Shown: positions 29,052 to 37,363 of the stretch, in pieces
How positions within the stretch are numbered: position 1 is the stretch's first letter
How the letters are laid out: every line of letters begins with the position of its first letter
Origin: an uncultured bacterium
GTDB lineage: Bacteria > Cyanobacteriota > Vampirovibrionia > Gastranaerophilales > Gastranaerophilaceae
Direction: 5' to 3'
Assembly (NCBI GenBank): GCA_902475545.1
Contig: CABRZP010000003.1
Coordinates: 72,422 to 136,421 of the forward strand
DNA: 64,000 nt
Program-made: the position numbers and the translations under genes
The notes under the pieces: model-generated
The model's database searches: none
What the model was told of the DNA's origin: nothing
The model's input: only the letters and a program-made list of their open reading frames with translations

Positions 29052-29089
29052 ATATGTTATAATTCCATTATAGAAGATGGAGCCTTATT

Positions 29090-29653
29090 GTGGAATTAAC
29101 ACAAGACAAGATAGAGCTGATAAGTAAAATCATAAAAAACGACCGGAAGTATTCAAACAATGAAGATTTGTATGATGATTTCTTTAATGAAACATGCAAA
29201 CGTTCTGTTGGAATACTTGAGGCTGTTGATTCTGAGGCTACTCTTGAAATTTACTTAAAACGTGTTGCAACTACAGCAATTATTAATGTATTGAAAGATT
29301 CCGGAAGATTAAGACGTTCCAGAACCGGTTACATGTCAACAAAAGAAGTATCTTATGATAATACTAAAAATGATGTTGATTATTCAGATGTTGTTATTAA
29401 TTATTCAAATGTGACACTTCCTGAAACCCCTGAAGATATTGTTATCCAAAGAGATTTTCTACAATTTGTTGCTGACACGGTTAAGAAAATTAATGATCAA
29501 GAACCTGATAAAGATTATTTACATATTTATATTTTACGTTATGATAAGGGCATGACTCAGAAAGAAATATCTGATGAAATTGGTATCTCCCAGTCTGAAG
29601 TTTCCAAAAGACTTTTCAGATTGATGGAAAAAGTTAAAAATGTCATTGAGTAA
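29090..29653 (+). CDS. Divergent sigma-70/ECF-like protein (region 4 HTH clear, region 2 degenerate)
   Basis: YILRYDKGMTQKEISDEIGISQSEVSKRLFRLMEKVKN matches sigma region 4. YLKRVATTAIINVLKD resembles region 2.3/2.4. GTG start with a GGAG RBS. Confidence 0.65.
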   Translation: MELTQDKIELISKIIKNDRKYSNNEDLYDDFFNETCKRSVGILEAVDSEATLEIYLKRVATTAIINVLKDSGRLRRSRTGYMSTKEVSYDNTKNDVDYSDVVINYSNVTLPETPEDIVIQRDFLQFVADTVKKINDQEPDKDYLHIYILRYDKGMTQKEISDEIGISQSEVSKRLFRLMEKVKNVIE

Positions 29654-29665
29654 AAAGTTTAAGAT

Positions 29666-32623
29666 ATGAAATGTCCCGTATGTGAAAAAAATATTCCGGA
29701 AACAAGTTTGAGATGTCCGTATTGTAAAACTCGAACAGGTTTATTGTGTTCTCATTGTAATACAGTTAACCCTCTCGGCACTCTTTTATGCAAAAATTGC
29801 GGACATGAACTGCTTAAAATTTGCCAACATTGCGGTAGTGTGAACTTCCCCAATGCCGTAAAATGCAGAAAATGCGATTCCCTTTTAAATCCAAAAACAG
29901 AAGAAAAAATATCAGGTATAAATCCATTAGAATATAACCCTGATTTATACAGCCAAAAGCAAGCGTTTGATATTTTATCTGACGGATTAAATTCAAAAAC
30001 GCAAAAAATATTTTCTATTACAGGAGACAAAGGAATTGGTAAAACTTTTCTACTAAAACAAGTCATAAAAAGTTTTAATAAAGATAAATTCCGCTGGGGT
30101 ATCGGAGAATGCACCCCGCTTACGCAATTAACTCCCGGTGGTGTAATTCAGGCAATGCTGTTGGATTTATTCTGCCTGCCCAATTTCTGTATTAAAAATG
30201 AGGAATTTGAAACTAATGCAATTAAATTTTTCACTAATGAATTTAAATTTTTAAAACAAGATGAAATTTCTGACTTTTTAAACTTTTTATATAATTTTAA
30301 AGATGGAAACTATGAAGATATCATTATTAATAAAAAACGAACTTTTAAAATTTTAAATAAGATATTTACAGCGTTTTCAGACACCGGAAATTTTGTTTTT
30401 GTAATTGATAATTTTGATTTTATAGATGGTTTTTCAATTGAATTTCTAACAAATTTTATGCAGCATGACGAAGTTTGGAAAAACCTCAAGTTTATTGCTA
30501 TATATAACAGACATAAGCCAATAACTAATTTTTTCGGATTTGAAGATAAAGATATAAATGCGTATGTTGATATTAATCTTGCTCCGTTAACAGTTAAAGA
30601 ACTTGAAAATAACATGAAGTTAACGGGAGATTCAGGTACCTATGTAACAGAAAGAGAAAAAGAAGTTATTTTTGCTAAAAGCCATGGGAACCCTGCATTT
30701 GTAGAACAGGCTATAAGCTATTCTTTTGATTGTCAAATTTCAGATAAAGCATTTTTGATGCCTAATACTTTTTTTGAATTGATTAAAAATCGTTTAGACA
30801 CTTTGAAAAAAAATAATAATCAGGCTTACAAACTTCTTTGCGGAGCATCTGTTATTGGTAATAAATTAAATTTAGCATTATTAAAAGAAATTTTTGGATA
30901 TAAAGGACAAGAGTTTAACGATATAATGTCCTATCTTGTGAAATCAAATTTTGTTAGACCTTATAATGAAATATACTATGAATTCAATAATATTTTATTA
31001 TGGGAAACAATATTAAAAAGTCTAACCCGAAATTCGGCATTTGAAGATATAAATATAAAAATAGGAAAAGCATTAAGCGTATTTACACTAAATACAAATC
31101 CGACACTGGCTATGATTGCACACAATTTAAAAGAAACTCGAATGGCTTTTGATATTTGGACAAAGACAACACGTCTTGCCTCTTACGTCGGAGATATAAA
31201 TTTATATGTTATTTCGCAAAAACAGTGTCTTGCATTACTAAATGAATTCAATGAGAATGAAACACTGAACATTCGCTATAATATCAGTGAACGACTCGGG
31301 AAATTACTTGCTGAATACGATGCAGAAGAAGCTTTGGAATTTTTACCTGATGCTATAGCCAATGCAAAAGCTGACAATAACGAAGTAAAGGAAATTGAAC
31401 TGTTAGGGTATTTATCTCTCTGCTGCAAAAAAACAGGTAACTATTTGGGCAATGTTGAATGCGTTGATAATGTTTTAAAAAAGATGAAACCATCTCAAGA
31501 GATTGAATCAGCTCTGGTTAAAACTTCAAAATTAGAATCACTTTTAAATATCGGAAACTGCGGAGAAGTTATTAATCTTATTGATAATGACATCATGCCT
31601 GTTTTAAGTAATTATCTTGCTAAACCTAAATTAAACAAGACAATACCTCTATTATTTTTGTATGATACATGGATCAGAATTCATTTAACACTGGCTCATG
31701 CTTTAGCCCTGCAAGGTAATAACCGCTCATTTGAAATATTAAACAAATTATTTAATATTATTGAAAAACATAAAGTTAATGATTACCAGCTTCATTGTAA
31801 AGCTAAACTTGTCTTGGCATTAGCAAATACTATGCAGGGGAATTTTGAAACCTCGAACAATCTTTTAGAAGATATTGAACGAAATTATAAAGACAAAATC
31901 ATGGATGGAGAAACTATTTCCCGAATGAATTTAATTTCTATAATCAATAGATTTATGACTAAACAATATGACCAGCTTCAGGAAATATTGTTTGATGCTG
32001 TAACATTTGCAAATAATACGGGGGATAATTTTACAAAAAATATTTTGAAAGTATTGCTTGGTAAAATGTTTAAAGATGAACAAAAAGCAAAGCATGCAAT
32101 AGAAATATATAATGAACAGGTCACATACTTTGCAAAAGAGAAAATGGCATTAGGAGCGTTGCTGTCATGGTTATTAATTGCTGAAGCAGTAATGATAACT
32201 GAAACACCGAAAAATACTATTGAAATTGCAAATAATGCTCTTGAAATTGCACAAAATCCGAGAATTAATAACACATTTTTTATTGTGCATTTAAAAATGC
32301 TTTTAGCTCAAGCCTATATGGAATTATCAGACTATGAAACCGCAAAAATAAATCTTGAATCGGCAGTTATACTTGCAAAAAAATATGCAATGAACGATAC
32401 CCTTTCAAGACTTTATATGCTATTTGGAAAATATTACAGAGACTTAGGGACTGTACAATCTAACAATCAAATTGATTACTTAAAAGGAGCATTAAAAATG
32501 TTTGAAAATGCGATGTCTCTTGTTCTAAAAAATACACATAATAAATATATTCATGACCAAATAGATAAAGAGCAGAGACTTTTGCTTTCATATTGTGATG
32601 TTAATGGTTTTAAAATAGTTTAA
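29666..32623 (+). CDS. STAND-type P-loop NTPase with N-terminal multiple zinc ribbons and a C-terminal TPR-like array
   Basis: Four CxxC pairs in the first 75 aa. Walker A ITGDKGIGKTFLLK (about 30022-30045). Walker B-like FVFVIDNFDFID. Long helical-repeat C-terminus. Confidence 0.75.
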   Translation: MKCPVCEKNIPETSLRCPYCKTRTGLLCSHCNTVNPLGTLLCKNCGHELLKICQHCGSVNFPNAVKCRKCDSLLNPKTEEKISGINPLEYNPDLYSQKQAFDILSDGLNSKTQKIFSITGDKGIGKTFLLKQVIKSFNKDKFRWGIGECTPLTQLTPGGVIQAMLLDLFCLPNFCIKNEEFETNAIKFFTNEFKFLKQDEISDFLNFLYNFKDGNYEDIIINKKRTFKILNKIFTAFSDTGNFVFVIDNFDFIDGFSIEFLTNFMQHDEVWKNLKFIAIYNRHKPITNFFGFEDKDINAYVDINLAPLTVKELENNMKLTGDSGTYVTEREKEVIFAKSHGNPAFVEQAISYSFDCQISDKAFLMPNTFFELIKNRLDTLKKNNNQAYKLLCGASVIGNKLNLALLKEIFGYKGQEFNDIMSYLVKSNFVRPYNEIYYEFNNILLWETILKSLTRNSAFEDINIKIGKALSVFTLNTNPTLAMIAHNLKETRMAFDIWTKTTRLASYVGDINLYVISQKQCLALLNEFNENETLNIRYNISERLGKLLAEYDAEEALEFLPDAIANAKADNNEVKEIELLGYLSLCCKKTGNYLGNVECVDNVLKKMKPSQEIESALVKTSKLESLLNIGNCGEVINLIDNDIMPVLSNYLAKPKLNKTIPLLFLYDTWIRIHLTLAHALALQGNNRSFEILNKLFNIIEKHKVNDYQLHCKAKLVLALANTMQGNFETSNNLLEDIERNYKDKIMDGETISRMNLISIINRFMTKQYDQLQEILFDAVTFANNTGDNFTKNILKVLLGKMFKDEQKAKHAIEIYNEQVTYFAKEKMALGALLSWLLIAEAVMITETPKNTIEIANNALEIAQNPRINNTFFIVHLKMLLAQAYMELSDYETAKINLESAVILAKKYAMNDTLSRLYMLFGKYYRDLGTVQSNNQIDYLKGALKMFENAMSLVLKNTHNKYIHDQIDKEQRLLLSYCDVNGFKIV

Positions 32624-32634
32624 ATCAAAAAAAA

Positions 32635-32657
32635 GGTGTTTGAATTTACCAAACACC
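32635..32657. terminator. Bidirectional terminator hairpin
   Basis: GGTGTTTG-AATTTAC-CAAACACC with an A-run upstream, between convergent genes. Confidence 0.55.
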
Positions 32658-32684
32658 ATTACCTCTTTAATATAATGTATATCC

Positions 32685-34352
32685 TTAGATTTCAAACAAA
32701 CTGTGAAGTCTGCTTCTAATATCATCTTCATCCAGTTCGCCTGTTAATTTATTCAAATCAATTGCCATCTGATAATAATTAGCGGCATCATTTGTAAAGC
32801 CCATTTGCTGACTTGCTCTTCCTGCATTAAAATATGCAAGAGTATAATTCGGATTTAGTGCAATAGCTTCTTCGAAATATTCAAGAGCTTCTTCTGCATC
32901 TGCCAAACCATCCAGATATAATATTCCAAGATTATTTTGGGAATATTCATTCTCAGGATTCAATTCTATAGCTTTATGGTAAGCAACTAAAGCTTCTTCC
33001 AAATAGTCTTTTTCCCACAGTGCAATTCCGACTTTTGAATAAGCTCTGGCTTCATCCGGATTCAAGGTAATTGCGTCGCAATATGCCCGTATTGCTTTAT
33101 CTAAATCGTAATCTGCCATATATATATCACCAAGAGCAATATGCAAATCGTAATTTTTCGGGTCTAATATAATACCTGCTTGGTATGTCGAAACCGCAGC
33201 TTCCATGTTGCCTTTATTTTCGGCATAAATTGAACCTAAAGCCTGACATACAATTGATGTCCATTCTGCATCAGGATTTACTGAAATTGCTTTCTGATAA
33301 TGTTCAATTGCATCATCATACAATTCAGCTTTTGCATAAGCATAACCGAGAGAATTATTAAAGAACGGATTTTCCGGATCTTTTTCTACTGCAAGCTTAA
33401 ATGCACTTAACGAATTCAATTTATCTTCTTTTGATAGATATAAATGTCCTAATTCATAATAAATTTGAGCAGTATCAATATCAAATTCTAATAATTTTTC
33501 ATAACAATCAATTGCTTCTTCCGTATTTTCAGGAAAATATGTTTGCAAAATTGTAGCCAATTTTACAAGCACTTCACGATTAATAGGATTTGCCTCTAAT
33601 ACTTTTCTATAGCATTCTGCAGTTTTTTCTAAATCTTTATTTTTTAATGCCAAATCACCAATTTTATTGTAATAATATTCACTATGTGTAGTTTTGACTA
33701 TAGCATCATTGTATAATTTTTCTGCAGCATCATACATCTTACAGTTTTCATAGAATCTTCCAACTGTATTATATGAAAAGATTGAAACATCATTTGACAT
33801 GTTTTTATAGAACATTTTGATGGCAGCTCTATCCCATGCCAACATAACACTTCCTGTTATGAAATAATACAAAAATCCTGCATAGTCTTTAAATGAACTG
33901 CTTTGCGTATTGATTTTCTGTAATATTGACTGCGACAAAATCATTCTTGGTCTGCCTGAAGTCAAAGGACTCATCTTTATTGCTGACTTAAATTCTTTTT
34001 CAGCAGACGAATAATCTTGAGCTAATTGCATGAAATAACCTGTATAAAGGTGAGCATCCTTATTGTGAGGAGACAAGGAAATTGCAGTCTTACATTGCTC
34101 TATTGCAGTATTAACACTAATCTGCCCCTGTTCCCACATCAATGTAGCTAACCTGTAATAAGTTTCAGGTATTGTAGGGTCATACTTAACCGTATCTACA
34201 TAGTGTTCAATTGCCTCTTGTAAATCGTTATTTCTCTGACCAATTAAATATTTCTCATGAGCAAGTCTTGCTTTTTCAAGAGAATCTATAGCCTTTTCCT
34301 TATTTTCTATATTGTTTGTGCCAATCATTGGCATTAAAACTTGTTCTGACAT
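32685..34352 (-). CDS. TPR repeat protein
   Basis: 555 aa with many 34-residue repeats of the A..Y..AI.L.P pattern (for example AIEHYQKAISVNPDAEW, AYHKAIELNPENEY, YFEEAIALNPNYTLAYFN). Confidence 0.85.
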   Translation of the reverse strand: MSEQVLMPMIGTNNIENKEKAIDSLEKARLAHEKYLIGQRNNDLQEAIEHYVDTVKYDPTIPETYYRLATLMWEQGQISVNTAIEQCKTAISLSPHNKDAHLYTGYFMQLAQDYSSAEKEFKSAIKMSPLTSGRPRMILSQSILQKINTQSSSFKDYAGFLYYFITGSVMLAWDRAAIKMFYKNMSNDVSIFSYNTVGRFYENCKMYDAAEKLYNDAIVKTTHSEYYYNKIGDLALKNKDLEKTAECYRKVLEANPINREVLVKLATILQTYFPENTEEAIDCYEKLLEFDIDTAQIYYELGHLYLSKEDKLNSLSAFKLAVEKDPENPFFNNSLGYAYAKAELYDDAIEHYQKAISVNPDAEWTSIVCQALGSIYAENKGNMEAAVSTYQAGIILDPKNYDLHIALGDIYMADYDLDKAIRAYCDAITLNPDEARAYSKVGIALWEKDYLEEALVAYHKAIELNPENEYSQNNLGILYLDGLADAEEALEYFEEAIALNPNYTLAYFNAGRASQQMGFTNDAANYYQMAIDLNKLTGELDEDDIRSRLHSLFEI

Positions 34353-34486
34353 TTTGAAGCTCCAATATACTAGGGATGCATAATGAGTCGATTATAAATT
34401 TTATATCTTTAACATTTTATAAAAAATCTCCTCCATTTGTATTAGATAAGAGAATAAATTTCAAATACCTACTTCTCAACATAATA

Positions 34487-34513
34487 AAAAGACTGCCACT
34501 CCGGCAGTCTTTT
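34487..34513 (-). terminator. Terminator hairpin after the BI-1 family gene
   Basis: AAAAGACTGCC-ACTCC-GGCAGTCTTTT. Confidence 0.6.
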
Positions 34514-34539
34514 AAAATAGTATATCTATATATTTATTA

Positions 34540-35286
34540 CTAATTATTTCGACTTGAAATTTTAGCTAAAAGATTGAGTATTTCAATATACATCCAAATA
34601 ATTGTAACTAATAAAGAAAATCCAAAATACCATTCGTAATTTTTATTAAATTGTCCTGAAAATTTTTCAATATTATCAAAATCAATTATTAAATTAAATG
34701 ATGCAACAGCTACGACAACCAGACTAAAGCCTATTCCGATAGGACTATTAGAAAAAATTGCAGGAATAGAAATATGGAAAAAGCTTAAAATTAACTGAAG
34801 CATGTAAATACAAAAAATTGCAAACGTAGAATTAAAAATAACCATTTTAAAAGTTTCAGTAGCTCTAACCAATTTTGTTTTATATAAAAAGAACATGCCG
34901 AATAAAGCAAACATAGTGCCAATAGCAGCCTGCGAAGCAACTCCGGGATAAATTTTATTAATTAAAGCCGAAATATATCCCAGCATTAAACCTTCACACA
35001 TTGCATACAATGGAGTTGTTATAATTAATGATTGATTTTTAGGTGCAAAACAAATAATTAATGCAAGAATTAAACCTCCAAATAATCCGCCATGATAAAG
35101 CAATATAGCTTTATCAGCATATCCCGATAATAAAAGACCCCATGAATACACAAAGGTCAAGGCTGTAAATAAACCCAGAACACATGTTTTTAAAATTGTA
35201 CCGTTTATTGTCATTACATGTTGAGTTTCTAAACTATCAACAGAAGAAGATTTTAACATTCTATCTCCAAAAGTAGGGTTTGGCAT
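34540..35286 (-). CDS. Bax inhibitor-1 / YccA family membrane protein
   Basis: 248 aa with about 7 TM segments. Size, topology and the charged C-terminal end are typical of the BI-1 family. Confidence 0.7.
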   Translation of the reverse strand: MPNPTFGDRMLKSSSVDSLETQHVMTINGTILKTCVLGLFTALTFVYSWGLLLSGYADKAILLYHGGLFGGLILALIICFAPKNQSLIITTPLYAMCEGLMLGYISALINKIYPGVASQAAIGTMFALFGMFFLYKTKLVRATETFKMVIFNSTFAIFCIYMLQLILSFFHISIPAIFSNSPIGIGFSLVVVAVASFNLIIDFDNIEKFSGQFNKNYEWYFGFSLLVTIIWMYIEILNLLAKISSRNN

Positions 35287-35383
35287 ATAAAGCTCCTTTC
35301 TTAAAACATATCCATTAATTTATGGATATAATAACATATAAAACACAAATCTCAATTCTCAAAAAAAAATTTTAAAAAAGTAC

Positions 35384-35410
35384 TTTACAATATATTTTTT
35401 TTGTTATAAA
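35384..35410 (+). promoter_or_regulatory. Candidate promoter for tRNA-Asn (TTTACA, then extended -10 TGTTATAAA)
   Basis: TTTACA at 35384-35389 and TGnTATAAA at 35402-35410, 12 nt before the mature tRNA 5' end. The 15-nt spacer is short. Confidence 0.35.
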
Positions 35411-35422
35411 CTAAAGACATAA

Positions 35423-35494
35423 TCCTCAGTAGCTCAATGGCGGAGCATTCGACTGTTAATCGAAGGGTTGCTGGTTCGAGTCCAGCCTGGGGAG
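35423..35494 (+). tRNA. tRNA-Asn (anticodon GTT)
   Basis: Hand-folded cloverleaf. Acceptor TCCTCAG/CTGGGGA (one G-U pair), D stem GCTC/GAGC, anticodon stem TTCGA/TCGAA with loop CTGTTAA, T arm GCTGG-TTCGAGT-CCAGC. CCA is not encoded. Confidence 0.9.
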
Positions 35495-35510
35495 TATTTT
35501 TTTGGAATTA

Positions 35511-35543
35511 GCCGTTTTTGTGATATAACAAAACGGCTTTTTA
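35511..35543 (+). terminator. Terminator after tRNA-Asn
   Basis: GCCGTTTT..AAAACGGC stem followed by TTTTTAT. Confidence 0.6.
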
Positions 35544-35546
35544 TAT

Positions 35547-35815
35547 GTCCAGTGTACGTTTTCACTGTAATTTTTCACCTCAGTGTATTTGTACGGTTAA
35601 AACGATTATTTTCGGCATAATCGCCTGTGTGTCGGCATATTTGGGGTAGGAAGCAACCTACGAATAATCATTTCCACAGTCCGAAAAGTCCATTTTTTGA
35701 GCCTACAAGTCCGATAAGTTCCTTTTAGTGTCCTAATTCTGTCCACGCAAGGGTTTTAGTCGTTTTGCTCCTTTTCGGGATTTTGTACACTTGAGATTAT
35801 TATTCGTGGGTTGGG
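35547..35815 (+). repeat. Cluster of short direct and inverted repeats resembling a transposon end (multiple transposase-binding sites)
   Basis: CAGTGTA twice (about 35550 and 35581). TCGGCATA twice. AGTCCGAAAAGTCC (35678-35691) and AGTCCGATAAGTTCC (35708-35722). Inverted pair CTACGAATAAT (35658-35668) and ATTATTCGTGG (35799-35809). Confidence 0.45.
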
Positions 35816-36024
35816 CGAAATAAAAAAACTAAGATTTTTAAATTAAATTTTTTCTAAGGTCGGAAGATTTTTTATTAAGGTAGGAATAAAATTAATTGTT
35901 CGGTTTTAAAAATTATTTTATTTTTTCAAACAAAATAATTTTAAATTTTCAAAGACACAAAACAACACAATGGTCGGAAATGATGTTCCAATGCTTTGTC
36001 TTTAGAGGTAAGGTGTTTCGTACC

Positions 36025-36528
36025 ATGAAAGACATATATATTAATATAAATAAGGTGGCGGAAGCCAAAGGATTAAAAAGAACTCGCTCAATAAGAATGG
36101 CAATTAATAATGGGAAATATCAAGCAAGGAAAATCTCTGTTAATGGCGGCTTTTCTTATGAAATATTGTATTCAAGTTTAGAAATTGAAATCCAAGAAAA
36201 ACTTGAAGATGAAGAAATTAAATCAACGGCACTTGTTCCGATGAATAATCAAAGACCGACATTTGTTTCAGAGAGTGCAAAAATGACATCTTTAGAAAGG
36301 GCAGATATTGTTGTTGCACTAAATAATATTCAAAAGAGGTATAAAACTAAAAAAGAGGCAGAGTCCATATTTTTAGATTTGTATAATTCGGGAATGTTGT
36401 TACCTGCTATATATAAATATATAGGAAGCATTTCAATCGGTACATTGCATCGTTGGGTTAAGGCTTATGAAGATAATGGGGCAAAAGCATTAATCCCTCA
36501 ACGCAAATGTTCAACATTAACAGAATAA
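36025..36528 (+). pseudogene. Truncated transposase N-terminal fragment (Mu/Tn7 TnsB/Tn552-like HTH region only)
   Basis: Ends with SISIGTLHRWVKAYEDNGAKALIPQRK, the HTH plus G..aL.P.. signature that precedes the rve catalytic core in Mu-like, TnsB and IS481-type transposases. No DDE core follows. Confidence 0.5.
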
Positions 36529-36654
36529 ATAATTATTACATAAAATTATTGAAAAGATATGTAACAAAAATTATTGCCAATGAAATTATCAAAAATTGCT
36601 TGTTTTATATAATATATCAGTTAAAAATACTGACTTTATGTTCATTTAGAATGG

Positions 36655-36686
36655 AAAGGGGCGAAGAGCCCCTTTCTTCTTTTTTA
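36655..36686. terminator. Terminator hairpin
   Basis: AAAGGGGC-GAAGA-GCCCCTTT followed by CTTCTTTTTT. Abuts the stop of the minus-strand gene at 36694. Confidence 0.65.
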
Positions 36687-36693
36687 GTTATAT

Positions 36694-37254
36694 TTAAAAA
36701 ATTTCTTCAACCATTTTTTGTAATAATTCCGAAATATCTTGTACGGTAGTAATCTGCTTATCTTTAATAACAGTCTGAAATTTTTCAGAATTTATTTCAT
36801 TCATATGAATTAGCCTTTTATATGTATTAAGATGAGGCGGAAGAGGACGATTGGCAATAGATTCTCTATTAAAAATTTGTTTAAATTTAACCATAAGATC
36901 TAACTTTTTGCTAAACATAAATTTCTTTAATGAATTTAAATCTTCCATGCCTGTAAAAATCCAACCATCTGTATCTCTCAAATCCGGTAATTTAATTCCA
37001 TGATTTTTAGCATTTAACAAAAGCCATTCATACGAACAACTCTCCATTTTAGCACCTTCTCCCAAAGTTTCGACAAAAGCTGCTTCATACGGATTATGCC
37101 CTATAAAACAATAACCTGGCTCCTGTTTTAATAGTGAGTGCACCGGAAGTACAGAATCCTTAAAATCTTTGATAACTTTACTATTTGTATGAGGTAATCT
37201 GTAAATTGCTGAAAATTTAATATTTCTATTGTTATTTCTATTATTTATTTGCAT
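36694..37254 (-). CDS. Hypothetical protein
   Basis: 186-aa ORF. N-rich N-terminus MQINNRNNNRNIKFSAIYRL. No recognised domain. Confidence 0.6.
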   Translation of the reverse strand: MQINNRNNNRNIKFSAIYRLPHTNSKVIKDFKDSVLPVHSLLKQEPGYCFIGHNPYEAAFVETLGEGAKMESCSYEWLLLNAKNHGIKLPDLRDTDGWIFTGMEDLNSLKKFMFSKKLDLMVKFKQIFNRESIANRPLPPHLNTYKRLIHMNEINSEKFQTVIKDKQITTVQDISELLQKMVEEIF

Positions 37255-37329
37255 AATTTTTTTCCTTATATAAGTTTTAAATCCGGGGAAAAAATTTTTT
37301 GCTAAGTTGGAGTTAATAATTTATGAAGT

Positions 37330-37357
37330 TTGACTTTATACCTTTAAATACTATAAT
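37330..37357 (+). promoter_or_regulatory. Near-consensus sigma-70 promoter (TTGACT-16 nt-TATAAT) immediately upstream of hisS
   Basis: -35 at 37330-37335 and -10 at 37352-37357. The hisS ATG starts 7 nt after the -10 element, and no Shine-Dalgarno sequence lies between them. Confidence 0.55.
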
Positions 37358-37363
37358 TTTTTT

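Noticed and set aside
36507-36749. 80-aa ORF after the truncated transposase fragment
   Set aside because: It is AT-rich and low-complexity, has no RBS, runs through the terminator at 36655-36686, and overlaps the 3' end of the convergent gene.
35495-36750. CRISPR-associated transposon (type V-K CAST) homing to tRNA-Asn
   Set aside because: Only a truncated HTH fragment is present. There is no tnsC, tniQ or cas12k, no CRISPR repeats and no DDE core, so this is at most a scar.
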